Notes: generated by a model not told the origin, from the letters alone. A stretch of DNA of 64,000 bases from Minisyncoccota bacterium (GCA_040905715.1 JBBDRA010000003.1:395095-459094), one strand, 5' to 3'; shown: positions 9,931-19,830, counted from the stretch's first letter. Numbers and translations: made by a program.

Positions 9931-11304
9931 ATGAATTCAGACCCATCAGCAGCGATCATAACTCGTTTCCCACCCTCACCAACAGGGGTTCTTCATGTTG
10001 GTAGCTACCGCACAGCCCTCTACAGCTGGTTATATGCACGGCAGAATAACGGTACCTTTGTTCTTCGAATCGAAGACACGGACAAGGAACGAAGTACTCC
10101 GGAATTCGAAACGAATATTTACGAGAGCCTTAACTGGCTCGGCATCGAGGCCGATGACGCATACAGGCAGTCCGATCGTAGTGCCCGTCACGCCGAGGTG
10201 CTCCAACAACTTATTGATAACGGACAAGCATATATATCAAAAGAAGAAGTCAAAAAAGAAGGACAGCGAGCAGAAGTGATCCGCTTTAAAAACCCGAACG
10301 AAGAGGTCGTGTTTCGTGATGCAGTGCGAGGAGACGTTACATTTGATACAACCGACCTAGGAGATTTTGTAATAGCCAAAAGCATGAACGAGCCGCTCTA
10401 CCATCTAGCAGTTGTTGTTGACGACTACGACTCCGGCATCACTCACGTCATTCGCGGTGAAGACCATATATCAAATACACCTCGTCATATACTGATCCAG
10501 AAAGCGATCCAGGCACCTCGTCCGATCTATGCGCATATACCGCTTATACTAGCAACGGACAAAAGCAAACTATCCAAAAGAAACGGAGCCCGAGCGATCC
10601 TTGAATATCGTGATGAGGGATTTCTCCCTGACGCAATTTTAAACTACATGGCTCTCTTGGGCTGGAACCCGGGAACTGAACAAGAAATATTTTCCCGTGA
10701 TGAACTTCTTAAGGAATTCTCACTTGAACGCATCCACAAAGGCGGGGCAATATTCAGTGAAGAAAAAATGCGCTGGATAAATCGTGAACACATTAAACGT
10801 CTTCCAGTAGACACTCTTCATACATTCCTGCGAGAATTCCTTTTGCGATCACCGCGATTAACCGAGAAGAAATGGAAACTAACGAACGAGGTCTTTGATC
10901 GTATCGTACCTATCATAACTGAGCGGATCGAGACCTTTAAGGATGCCACTGAGCTGCTCACCAGCGGCGAGCTTGATTATTTTTTCGAAGCCCCGACCTA
11001 CCCTGACGCACAAGCACTCGTTTGGAAAAAGAGCACCCTTGAAAAAGCACGCGAGCACCTATCTACTGTATACAACACTCTTGAGGGTCTGCCGGAAAAT
11101 GCATTCGAGTACGACAAGCTAAAGGAGTCGCTCTGGGACTATGCAGAGGCAGAAGGGAAAGGGGATGTTCTCTGGCCACTTCGCTACGCCCTTTCCGGGA
11201 AAGAAAAGTCACCTGACCCATTTACATTAACTGAAGCACTCGGAAAAACAGAAACACTTACGCGCGTAAAAAACGCTCAACAAAAACTAGATTCAGCGTT
11301 ATAA
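9931..11304 (+). CDS. gltX: Glutamate--tRNA ligase
   Basis: RFPPSPTG.LHVG, RIEDTD, THVIRGEDH and KLSKR motifs. Confidence 0.96.
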   Translation: MNSDPSAAIITRFPPSPTGVLHVGSYRTALYSWLYARQNNGTFVLRIEDTDKERSTPEFETNIYESLNWLGIEADDAYRQSDRSARHAEVLQQLIDNGQAYISKEEVKKEGQRAEVIRFKNPNEEVVFRDAVRGDVTFDTTDLGDFVIAKSMNEPLYHLAVVVDDYDSGITHVIRGEDHISNTPRHILIQKAIQAPRPIYAHIPLILATDKSKLSKRNGARAILEYRDEGFLPDAILNYMALLGWNPGTEQEIFSRDELLKEFSLERIHKGGAIFSEEKMRWINREHIKRLPVDTLHTFLREFLLRSPRLTEKKWKLTNEVFDRIVPIITERIETFKDATELLTSGELDYFFEAPTYPDAQALVWKKSTLEKAREHLSTVYNTLEGLPENAFEYDKLKESLWDYAEAEGKGDVLWPLRYALSGKEKSPDPFTLTEALGKTETLTRVKNAQQKLDSAL

Positions 11305-11357
11305 TAGCTTTACGTTACAAATTTCGTAATTAAGAGTTCGTAAGGTATCATATACTG

Positions 11358-12704
11358 TTGATGCAACTATTTCTAAAACACTGGCGTGAGCTCATATTCG
11401 GACTCTTTAGCGTTGCTCTCCTGGCAACAAGCATTGTTGCTGGCCCAACCGGCCTACAGGGAAGCGAGATCGATGACCTTCGTAGGCATATCCAAGAGAG
11501 ACAAGGGCAGATCGACAACCTAGAAAAGGAGATCAAAAAATACGAAAACGAGCTCAACCAAACCAGCGCTGAAGCAGAAACCATTGAGCAAAAATTAGCT
11601 GAATTGAGAGCCTCCCGATCAAAACTTGAAGCAGAGATAGGAGTTGCTCAAAACCAGATCTCTTCTAAGAGCTATACCATAGACAAGCTAGCGCTTGAAA
11701 TGGGCGACATTGAAGAACGTGTTGCACTCCACCGAGAAGCGGTAGCTGAGATCCTCCGAGAAATAGATCAAGAGGACAATACCACATTGATCGAAGCAAT
11801 GTTGATCCACGGCACTATTTCCGGCCTCTGGGATGAGATAGAATCACTCGACCAGCTCCAGGAAGGAGTGCATTCACGGATTGAGTCACTTATAGAACTG
11901 AGGGAAGAAATGGAAGAAAAGCAGATCGAGACGATCCAAACCAAAGAAGAACTTGAAAAGTGGCGTGCCACACTGAGCGACAAGAAACAAATACTAGAGA
12001 GCAACGAACACGAGCAATCAAAAGTGCTTGGTGCAACTCGAAGCAAGGAGGAGCAGTATCGAGCTATCTTGGCCGAGAAAAACCGTCAACATGAGGAATT
12101 TGAAAAGGATGTAGCACGACTTGAATCCGAGCTTCAGATCGCCATTGACCCGAACAAGTTCCCGGAAAGAGGGACCGGTGTATTAGCAAGCCCGGTACCT
12201 GACATGTCACTACGTTCATGTTGGGACGGTGGAGGAAGCCATGCCAACTGTGTTACCCAATACTTTGGACACACAAGCTTTTCAAAACGCACAGCTGCCT
12301 ATAAAGGCAACGGGCACAACGGTCTTGATTTTCGAACGAGTGTCGGCACTCCAATCTCCGCACCACTTGGCGGAGTAGTAAGAGCAACAGGCAACACTGA
12401 TGCTATACCGGGTTGCTACTCGTATGGTAAATGGGTGCTCCTAGAGCATTCGAACGGCCTTTCTACCATGTACGCTCATCTTTCCTTAATTAAAGTATCA
12501 CAAGGTCAAGGCGTATCTACGGGAGACGTGATCGGGTACGCCGGAAATACAGGATTCTCGACCGGACCACACCTTCACTTCACCGTATACGCTACCGAGG
12601 GTGTGCGTGTGGTAAAATATACTAGCAGCAACGGATGCAAAGATGCGACCATTCCGATCGCCGACCTTAATGCATATCTAGACCCGATCGACTACCTGAA
12701 ATAA
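11358..12704 (+). CDS. Coiled-coil M23 peptidase (EnvC/CwlO-like murein hydrolase)
   Basis: Signal/TM segment, long coiled coil, HNGLD, YAHL and STGPHLHF motifs. Confidence 0.9.
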   Translation: MMQLFLKHWRELIFGLFSVALLATSIVAGPTGLQGSEIDDLRRHIQERQGQIDNLEKEIKKYENELNQTSAEAETIEQKLAELRASRSKLEAEIGVAQNQISSKSYTIDKLALEMGDIEERVALHREAVAEILREIDQEDNTTLIEAMLIHGTISGLWDEIESLDQLQEGVHSRIESLIELREEMEEKQIETIQTKEELEKWRATLSDKKQILESNEHEQSKVLGATRSKEEQYRAILAEKNRQHEEFEKDVARLESELQIAIDPNKFPERGTGVLASPVPDMSLRSCWDGGGSHANCVTQYFGHTSFSKRTAAYKGNGHNGLDFRTSVGTPISAPLGGVVRATGNTDAIPGCYSYGKWVLLEHSNGLSTMYAHLSLIKVSQGQGVSTGDVIGYAGNTGFSTGPHLHFTVYATEGVRVVKYTSSNGCKDATIPIADLNAYLDPIDYLK

Positions 12705-12718
12705 TAGAAGAGTACCGT

Positions 12719-12901
12719 ATGGCAAGACATCCATCACATGATAAATCGGGGAGTAGTGGATTTATCAGACATGTAATTCTTGTCGTCGTCGCCTTATTAT
12801 TCATCCAATTCTATTTTGGCGTTGATGTATATGGCTGGCTGCTGTCCTGGGGACCACTTTTCGACCAGTATCTGATACAACCGATAGCATCACTGTTTTA
12901 A
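12719..12901 (+). CDS. Small membrane protein
   Basis: 60 aa with one strong hydrophobic segment, co-directional with the operon. Confidence 0.55.
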   Translation: MARHPSHDKSGSSGFIRHVILVVVALLFIQFYFGVDVYGWLLSWGPLFDQYLIQPIASLF

Positions 12902-12957
12902 ATCTGTTTTTAATACAGGAAAATATTGTGCGAACCTAATTTACAATAACTCTACCT

Positions 12958-13068
12958 ATGCCAAAAATACTAAAACGAATTCTGTTCTTTCTCTTACTGC
13001 CGATCTACGGGCCGATCTATCTCTTTTTAAATCTGACCGGGGAATGGTGGGAAGGATTACTTGATTAA
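12958..13068 (+). CDS. Putative 36-aa membrane peptide (MPKILKRILFFLLLPIYGPIYLFLNLTGEWWEGLLD)
   Basis: Translated by hand, below the ORF-track cutoff; basic N-terminus followed by a hydrophobic stretch. Confidence 0.4.
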   Translation: MPKILKRILFFLLLPIYGPIYLFLNLTGEWWEGLLD

Positions 13069-13583
13069 GTTTTTTTATTACTGTTTTATTTCTGTACGAT
13101 CGCAATTAAGTATCAAGAGTTACGATCGAAGAACATAGTTAGGACAAACTCTAAAAAATTCTATCCAAATTCAATCTCACCGGGTTATTTTATCTTCAAA
13201 GGTAGATTTGTATCTATAAATGATTTAAAACGCTCACAGAGGCGCACAGAGGCTCAATATAACCTCTAAACCGTTCGCCTGCTCATAAAAGAGCTTAACG
13301 AATGATCAACAGTACCAAAAATCAGCCCGCGCCTACAAACCTAGTGGTAGGTAGCATCCTCTAGAAAGGCTATGGGAAGAAGAGCAAACAACATTATTAA
13401 GCACGCGACCAAACGAGAATAGAGATAGAAGTAAAAAAGCATAATAATAAAAGAGGTGGGGGTAGATAGTACTAACCATGTCGTCACCACTTTTTACGCA
13501 CTTTTTTATGTATGGGCAGGGAGGTGGAAAGACGCAGGATGAGGGTTTATAATTAGACTGTGTTTATGAGAAAAAACAGGTCT

Positions 13584-13611
13584 TGTTCGTTTTACATATA
13601 TTGTGCGAACA
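13584..13611. other. dif-like 28-bp recombination site (11-6-11)
   Basis: TGTTCGTTTTA-CATATA-TTGTGCGAACA: imperfect inverted arms immediately upstream of the Xer gene. Confidence 0.55.
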
Positions 13612-13634
13612 ATACTCTATGATACACTTATACT

Positions 13635-14585
13635 ATGAAAAGCGACAAACCTATCACTGCTCATATACTCCCCTTTCTCGATTACTGCGAGATCGAGAAA
13701 GGGCTGTCGAGTAATACTCAACGCAACTACAAACAGTACCTGCAGGTCTTTGAACTCTGGCTTACAAAGACGGGGAACAGCACTCTCCTCCCCCACAACC
13801 TTACTGCCGAACATGTTTGGGAATATCGATTATATCTTGCTCGAACCTATAAGTCCCCTGCCGGTAAGCATTTGAGTAAAAAATCTCAGAATTATTATTT
13901 GATCGCGCTCCGGGCTTTACTTAATTACTTTTCTGATCGCGACATGGGGTCACTACCTTCTACAAAAGTGAAACTTGCAAAGCAGAAGACCGAAGAGGCT
14001 ATATCTTTTCTTGAATACAACGACATTGAATCCATTGTGGCAGTACCGGACACTTCTACCCCGAAAGGTCTGCGAGACCGAGCGATTATGGAACTCCTGT
14101 TTTCATCAGGAATGCGTATTGCGGAACTCGTCGCGCTTGATCAAGATCAAATGTCTTTTCTCAAGGACGGCTCAACTGACAAAACATATGAGCTTGCGAT
14201 CGTAGGCAAAGGCAATCGTGTTCGTACAATTTTCATCTCTCCTCGAGCAGCTCAGTGGCTTCGCGAATATCTTGGTTCACGAGGTGATGTAGAGAAACCA
14301 CTTTTCAGTAACATCCGATCACGTGACCCGGGAAACAAGCGACTCTCTCCCCGATATATTCAAAAGATGATCTCCCAATGCGCCATGCTTGCCGGCATCT
14401 CAAAGAAAGTAACTCCGCACACGCTTCGCCACACATACGCCACCGACCTTCTCTCCCACGGAGCAGACCTCAGAAGTGTACAAGAGCTTCTTGGTCACAA
14501 AAATGTCTCCACTACTCAGGTATACACACACGTCACCAACAAACAGCTTAAAAATATTCACGAAAAATTTCACGGTAAGAAATAA
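13635..14585 (+). CDS. Xer-family tyrosine recombinase
   Basis: Catalytic R (SSGMR), K (GKG), HxxR (HTLRH), LLGH and Y (TTQVY); N-terminal SAM-like domain. Confidence 0.93.
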   Translation: MKSDKPITAHILPFLDYCEIEKGLSSNTQRNYKQYLQVFELWLTKTGNSTLLPHNLTAEHVWEYRLYLARTYKSPAGKHLSKKSQNYYLIALRALLNYFSDRDMGSLPSTKVKLAKQKTEEAISFLEYNDIESIVAVPDTSTPKGLRDRAIMELLFSSGMRIAELVALDQDQMSFLKDGSTDKTYELAIVGKGNRVRTIFISPRAAQWLREYLGSRGDVEKPLFSNIRSRDPGNKRLSPRYIQKMISQCAMLAGISKKVTPHTLRHTYATDLLSHGADLRSVQELLGHKNVSTTQVYTHVTNKQLKNIHEKFHGKK

Positions 14586-14614
14586 GCAACAGAAAGCATA
14601 TAGATGGAACGAAC

Positions 14615-14646
14615 AAAAACCTCTCGCCAAAGGCGAGAGGTTTTTG
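14615..14646. terminator. Bidirectional intrinsic terminator
   Basis: AAAAACCTCTCGCC-AAA-GGCGAGAGGTTTTTT between convergent genes. Confidence 0.85.
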
Positions 14647-14651
14647 AGATG

Positions 14652-15137
14652 CTATCGTTGAGCGATCTGACTTCTTCCCGACCAACACGGTTTAGATGCT
14701 GACCATGGCTGAAGTCCTTGATCCTCGTAGAGAAGCTTGGCATATGCCAGGTTTCCCTCAAGACTGTAAATGTTGTAACCGAGCTCTTCCGCGCGTTCGA
14801 GGTGGTATCGCTCGTTGATCTGCATGACACCAACGTCATTTGAATCAACATAACCTCGTAAAACAGAACCGTTCTCTTTATACTGTCTTACTCGAGACTC
14901 ACACCAAGCGACATCATACATCTCCGGTGAATCAGCGAAATAAGCGCGCACGATCTCGTCGGTAGTTAATCCTTTGTTTGATCCTTCCTTATCTGCCTGA
15001 GCCTCATCAACATCATTACTTTGGGCAATTTCAGCATCCTGTTGCTCGCTTTGCTCAACTGCAATAACGTTTATCGGTTCAAGTGATATCGGTGAATCAG
15101 CGGTAACTCCTGCTACTGATATATGCGTTACAAGCAT
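14652..15137 (-). CDS. Secreted lysozyme-fold / lytic transglycosylase-like protein
   Basis: VAWCES (catalytic Glu), DVGVMQIN and GLQPWSAS motifs; true start may be further upstream. Confidence 0.75.
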   Translation of the reverse strand: MLVTHISVAGVTADSPISLEPINVIAVEQSEQQDAEIAQSNDVDEAQADKEGSNKGLTTDEIVRAYFADSPEMYDVAWCESRVRQYKENGSVLRGYVDSNDVGVMQINERYHLERAEELGYNIYSLEGNLAYAKLLYEDQGLQPWSASKPCWSGRSQIAQR

Positions 15138-15202
15138 TCCAATCGTTGCAAGACGTAATATAAGCCTATCACTAGTAGTAATGCCCTTATATCAAGCCGG
15201 GT

Positions 15203-15345
15203 ACCACAATTACTAGAGAGGACTTCCCTCTCTACAACCGCAGTGAGTGAGAAAAAGTGGCTTGCTAAGGGGTGCTCTCGTCTCATTTCGTGCAGGGTCA
15301 ACCCATCGATCCTGCTGTGAAATGACGAGATCTCCGCAGCCTTCA
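15203..15345 (-). ncRNA. Structured leader or ncRNA upstream of the SLT-like gene
   Basis: TTGACA..TGnTATTGT promoter; long imperfect stem-loop plus a second GU-rich hairpin. Confidence 0.45.
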
Positions 15346-15822
15346 ACAGGTATACAATAACACACTGTTATATTTTGTCAAGTATTTTTGAATTTAAGTT
15401 TAACTCTCCTGGATCCGTGGTATAGACGGGATCACAGACGCCAAAAATGAACTGAAAACAAAAAAATGCCGGCTACGGCAACGCAGATAAACTAGCACAC
15501 TTCCCTCTTCCTTGCAAGAGATATTTCAATAATACTGCTCTATTGAGCGTTATTTTATAAATACCATACTTGTGAATACGTTGCACCATTCTATCGAATC
15601 AGTAAGGCAGACAAGTAGAGTGATATTTACTCTGTTCCCTCCCCTTGCCTAACTCAACTGTACTTTCATTAGGATATGTGAGGTTTTTTGAGCATACTTT
15701 TTTTCATACGAGCTATACCTGGACAGTACCTAGACATTTTTCTAATATGTGATATAACTGTTTCAGTAATTCTTACGTATTTTGTTCAACCTGGCAGGGA
15801 CCGCCAACCATGGAGAAAGGCC

Positions 15823-16170
15823 ATGAAAGAAATTATGAGGAAAAGAGAGGAAAAGATCCGAGCGTTCCACCGAATGACCGCAGAGGAAGATCTCTGGGGA
15901 ATCTATGAGTTCTGCCAAAGGGACCGGAGACTCACTGTGCTGTGGAAGGACATGTGCGAATATGCCAGCGTCTACCATAGGCACGCCGTTCGTCCACTTG
16001 CAAGAAAGTTTAAAGAAGGACGAGGGGTCTCTGAGGCAGAGAAGATTTTCTACCTCTACCTACAGGCTGAGTTCCTCAGGAGACAGCAGATGCTTCGAAA
16101 ACAGCTTGCGAAAAAAGGCAAAGAGATGAAAGCTGTTTACGCTTCCACGTTGGCAAACAAGTTCTGTTAA
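15823..16170 (+). CDS. Hypothetical basic protein (ORFan)
   Basis: GGAGAAAGG SD before ATG 15823, TAGACA-16-TATAAC promoter, terminator right after the stop. Confidence 0.6.
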   Translation: MKEIMRKREEKIRAFHRMTAEEDLWGIYEFCQRDRRLTVLWKDMCEYASVYHRHAVRPLARKFKEGRGVSEAEKIFYLYLQAEFLRRQQMLRKQLAKKGKEMKAVYASTLANKFC

Positions 16171-16202
16171 CCGCCCCAGCAGTATGGCTGCGGGCGGTTT
16201 TT
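16169..16202. terminator. Intrinsic terminator
   Basis: AACCGCCC..GGGCGGTTTTT hairpin. Confidence 0.7.
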
Positions 16203-16222
16203 CATTTTAATAGCTACGCCTT

Positions 16223-16432
16223 TTACTCCTTAGGGTGCCATTTACCATCACTTCCCTTTTCGTATTTTTCCTTAACTGCCGCCCAGGCAACACGGGCAGC
16301 GCGACTTTCTTCTCCGTCATATTGCTCCATTGCACTATTGTACGCCTCCATCCAAATATCCTGTGCGTGAGGCACGTCCTCTAATGGATCTTGAACCTGC
16401 TTTGGAAGATCTTCCCTTTTTGAATATGGCAT
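16223..16432 (-). CDS. ChaB-family protein
   Basis: MPYS..EDLP..V...L...PHAQDIW..AYNSA...AARVAWAAVK..YEK...G.W signature. Confidence 0.9.
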   Translation of the reverse strand: MPYSKREDLPKQVQDPLEDVPHAQDIWMEAYNSAMEQYDGEESRAARVAWAAVKEKYEKGSDGKWHPKE

Positions 16433-16559
16433 GCAATAAAAGACACACCTCCGGACAGATGATTACACAAATACTTCCTGTCGGGAGTATTTTGACGCAG
16501 TACTTCGCACTATCGTGCTTGCACTGCGTAGCTCGATGCGGCAGCATCGAGCGAAGCAG

Positions 16560-16632
16560 TGGACCTGAGGGGATTTGAACCCCTTGCCTCACGCATGCCA
16601 TGCGTGCGCTCTACCAATTGAGCTACAGGCCC
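16560..16632 (-). tRNA. tRNA-Ala(GGC)
   Basis: Cloverleaf, acceptor GGGCCTG/CAGGTCC with G3:U70, anticodon arm CACGC-ATGGCAT-GCGTG, GTTCAAATC; CCA not encoded. Confidence 0.95.
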
Positions 16633-16908
16633 CAGTGAGGAGCGGTCGAAAGCTTGCTTTCGTTCCGTCCGAACGCCGGGTCTGCAAGATCTTCTTACAG
16701 GCCCGAGTGAGAAGCAGAATGCAAATTTTTAATTTATATTCTCTTCGAACGAGGGTTTGCAAGCTTTGCTTACTCCAACAAGCGAAGGAGAAAACAAAAG
16801 TTTACTTTTATTTTTCCTGAGCGCAGTTGGAGCAGGCTTTGCCTACAGGCCCCAGTGAGGAGCGGTCGAAAGCTTGCTTTCGTTCCGTCCGAATGCTGAG
16901 TCTGCAAG
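16623..16908. repeat. Direct repeats overlapping the tRNA-Ala 5' end (16623-16688 and 16843-16908; degenerate copy 16696-16763)
   Basis: 66-bp copies differing at 3 positions, each with an internal hairpin. Confidence 0.85.
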
Positions 16909-16985
16909 TTTCGTCTAACCCCTCCTCCTATCTGCTAGAGAATACCACATGTCTCGAACGATAGAAATAATAATACTCCGAATCT

Positions 16986-17867
16986 CTATTCTTTCGTATG
17001 GGACGTAGCAGATGAGACGCACCGACCACAACACTCTCCCCTATCTTCAGACGAGCACGACGTACAACAGATAAAATGCCTATTGCACTCAGCCTCTTTG
17101 CAATTAATATACCGTTCGCACTTTTCTTCACACAGCTCACAGTGACCAACAACATCCGACGAGGAAGTATCCATTACAACACGACCGTCAAATACATACA
17201 ATTTCCCCTTGAAATGCTTTCCCGGGTACTTCTTCACATACTGATCAATTCCACCCTGGAGCTGATACACATTCTTTAATCCTCCCTGTTTAAGCACGTG
17301 AGCAGTCGCCTTTTCACAACGTACCCCTCCGGTACAAACAGACACAACAGGGCGATCTCCAAGGTCTTTTACTTTTTCCGGAAGCTTTTGAACATCACGA
17401 AAGGTATTCATGCCTGATGGTACTGTTTTATCTAAACACCCGACCGCAAGCTCGTAGTCATTTCGCATATCAAGCACATAGAACTCCCTACCTTCTTCAT
17501 ACCATTTATGCAGTTCATCCGGAGTAATATATGGTGCACTCTCCTTACTAGGATCCACTCCCTTCACACCCGAGCTCACGATCTCATTACGTACCTTTAT
17601 CGATAGTTTTGGAAAAGAAGAACCGGTGCCCTCGCTCTTCTTGAAAACAATATCCGCAAATCGCGCATCCTTCTTGAGTGTCTCACAGTACACCTCGATA
17701 CTCTCTGATTCCCCCTCAAGGGTTCCATTTATACCCTCTTCAGCAAGAATAACCCGTCCGGTCAGACCAAGCTCACTACACAGCTTCCACTGGGCATCAC
17801 GAAGAGCAGCAGGATCTTCAACGGTAACGTACTTGTAATATAGAATGACATTGTGACTGCTTTGCAT
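16986..17867 (-). CDS. trhO: Rhodanese-domain tRNA uridine(34) hydroxylase (UPF0176/TrhO family)
   Basis: GRVILAEEGINGT, DMRNDYE, CTGGVRCEK, GKLYVFD and Cys-rich tail. Confidence 0.85.
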   Translation of the reverse strand: MQSSHNVILYYKYVTVEDPAALRDAQWKLCSELGLTGRVILAEEGINGTLEGESESIEVYCETLKKDARFADIVFKKSEGTGSSFPKLSIKVRNEIVSSGVKGVDPSKESAPYITPDELHKWYEEGREFYVLDMRNDYELAVGCLDKTVPSGMNTFRDVQKLPEKVKDLGDRPVVSVCTGGVRCEKATAHVLKQGGLKNVYQLQGGIDQYVKKYPGKHFKGKLYVFDGRVVMDTSSSDVVGHCELCEEKCERYINCKEAECNRHFICCTSCSSEDRGECCGRCVSSATSHTKE

Positions 17868-17878
17868 AGGTAGTTACT

Positions 17879-18508
17879 TTACCTTTTTGCACCACTCTCT
17901 TCAAGCCACGGAATCGAGTGGTCAAAGAACTTCTCAAAACTTGAGCGTTGATACAGTAGCCGTGACAACGACTCCGCTTCCCAAACGGCGCCATTAAGCG
18001 AGTTGTGCGGATGAGGCTCGGCTGGAATACCAACGTATTTGTAGATATCCTCACCTCGAAGTTTTGAAAAGCCATTTTCAGACACCGGAGGCGCTACGCC
18101 ACGCGCTACCATGTGTGCGTAGCAAACAGAGTGGAGATCCACAATGCGTTTTGGCACAACGCTCCCCGACTCAAGACCAACCGTGATCCCGCCCCGCCTT
18201 GCTGCAGCCATAATAAATAGAAGATCAAAATGATGATTAAGTCCACCAAAAACATAGTCATTTTGTTGAGCAAGCCACTCTGAGAACTTCGCGATAAGCT
18301 GTGCATCACTGCACTTCTCCTCATCCATAATCTCGTCTCGGGTAAAACCATTCACATTGAGCGCCTCCTGATGTATCTCAGCCCCATTCCAAACCCGACA
18401 CTCCATATAAAAGGTCTTATTGGTATCTACCAAGGAAACCGCCCCGAGAGACACAATGCTCGATCGATCTGGATCAAGTCCGGTTGTTTCGATATCAAGA
18501 ACTATCAT
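17879..18508 (-). CDS. DEDDh 3'-5' exonuclease
   Basis: LDIETTGL, N..FD and HNSL.GA motifs. Confidence 0.85.
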   Translation of the reverse strand: MIVLDIETTGLDPDRSSIVSLGAVSLVDTNKTFYMECRVWNGAEIHQEALNVNGFTRDEIMDEEKCSDAQLIAKFSEWLAQQNDYVFGGLNHHFDLLFIMAAARRGGITVGLESGSVVPKRIVDLHSVCYAHMVARGVAPPVSENGFSKLRGEDIYKYVGIPAEPHPHNSLNGAVWEAESLSRLLYQRSSFEKFFDHSIPWLEESGAKR

Positions 18509-18546
18509 TTGCTACTACGTATGTGATACGTTACATCTAATAAAAA

Positions 18547-18816
18547 TTACTGATACGACAACGTGCGCCTTACCCTCTCGCTGAATCGCACTGCTTTCAC
18601 CCGAACATATGCATACTGCCTGCCAATGAGCGGGTATCGAACAAGAAAACTGTCTCGCTTATGAGCAAGCCATGGCCAGCGCAAAGACAGAATGCTAAGC
18701 CCAATGATAATAAACAATACTCCTTGCAAAATAGGTAAGACAAGGCCAATAACACCGATGAGGAGACACAAGATCCCGCTTACATATATACCTATTGTTT
18801 TAACTGATGCTTTCAT
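18547..18816 (-). CDS. Small membrane protein (DUF454/PGPGW-like)
   Basis: IGVIGLVLPILQGVLFIIIGL motif. Confidence 0.7.
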   Translation of the reverse strand: MKASVKTIGIYVSGILCLLIGVIGLVLPILQGVLFIIIGLSILSLRWPWLAHKRDSFLVRYPLIGRQYAYVRVKAVRFSERVRRTLSYQ

Positions 18817-18819
18817 ATA

Positions 18820-19182
18820 TTAATTATCCAAACCCGGGCAGTTTTTTGCCGGCGTATATCCAGACCGTCGCGCCTCCTCTTCTGTAGCAAATGAGATCTT
18901 GTTCTGATCTGCTATTCTGGAAGCGCCTGAACACCAGGCAAAGTGAAATATGTCAGAATTCTTAGAAGCCACGTATAACCCGACATCACCTTCACCTTTT
19001 GCCGGAACCGTTCTCTCGATAGTCGGTTCTATGTGTACACTGTCACTCCCGGCCAACCAGCCAAGCGCAAACGATGAAAGCCCGACGCACGCAATTATCA
19101 GCGCTACAAGTGCAGACTGCGAAAGCAGGGTCGACCTTACAGGCAATGTGCGTGACTTGGTTTCTTCAGTATAGGGTCGCAT
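18820..19182 (-). CDS. Membrane protein with an Ada-like metal-binding domain
   Basis: YVASKNSDIFH..WC..A.RI...N.I.F...EEA...GY.P..NC. Confidence 0.8.
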   Translation of the reverse strand: MRPYTEETKSRTLPVRSTLLSQSALVALIIACVGLSSFALGWLAGSDSVHIEPTIERTVPAKGEGDVGLYVASKNSDIFHFAWCSGASRIADQNKISFATEEEARRSGYTPAKNCPGLDN

Positions 19183-19508
19183 CGAGATCTCGTGTTACAG
19201 TATACAGGACTCAGGTTTGCTGATAAAGCTTATCTTCTTGATTTATATAAATTTTCTTTGAGAACCAGATATGCTACGCTCCCAAGAGCTAAAAATCGCT
19301 TGCAAAAAACTCGTCTTCTTGGCGTTTTCTTCGAAAACGTCCGCGAAGCGAATTTAAGCTTTTTTGGATAACGAACGTTCCATACTACCAGAGCACTGCT
19401 TGTATTTCTAATTCACAGCAAAGCTGTTCATAAGAAAACAATGGAGCTTGCAAAAAACTCAAATTCGTATATACTCGTTTTTAAATAGTATCATAGTAGT
19501 AGCAATAT

Positions 19509-19793
19509 ATGGCACACAAAAAAGCAGGTGGATCTACAAATAACACACGAGATTCAAATCCAAAATATCTCGGTATTAAGAAAAACCACGGTGAAAAGGT
19601 TCGCCCGGGGCATATTTTAGTACGTCAGCGAGGCACAAAATTCGTGCCAAGCGACAATGTTGGTATCGGTACTGACCACACTCTCTTTGCACTCGTTCCT
19701 GGAATCGTACGTTACTTCGAGCGACGCAAGAAGCGTTTCGACAATACAACCTCACGAAAGAAATTTATAGCTATTGACGAGACTACCGTATAG
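19509..19793 (+). CDS. rpmA: 50S ribosomal protein L27
   Basis: [25 protein letters not shown] and DHTLFA motifs. Confidence 0.98.
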   Translation: MAHKKAGGSTNNTRDSNPKYLGIKKNHGEKVRPGHILVRQRGTKFVPSDNVGIGTDHTLFALVPGIVRYFERRKKRFDNTTSRKKFIAIDETTV

Positions 19794-19830
19794 AACACAG
19801 TAGACCCGGACAGATAACAGGCAAACAAAC

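Noticed and set aside
13069-13580. AT-rich non-coding gap as a possible oriC
   Set aside because: No clustered DnaA boxes; the xer/dif context fits a terminus better
16623-16908. Possible CRISPR array
   Set aside because: Only 2-3 long, unequal units, no regular unique spacers and no cas genes
19298-19460. 15-bp direct repeat GCTTGCAAAAAACTC upstream of rpmA
   Set aside because: The second copy is simply the -35 region of the rpmA promoter; no evidence of an inserted element between the copies
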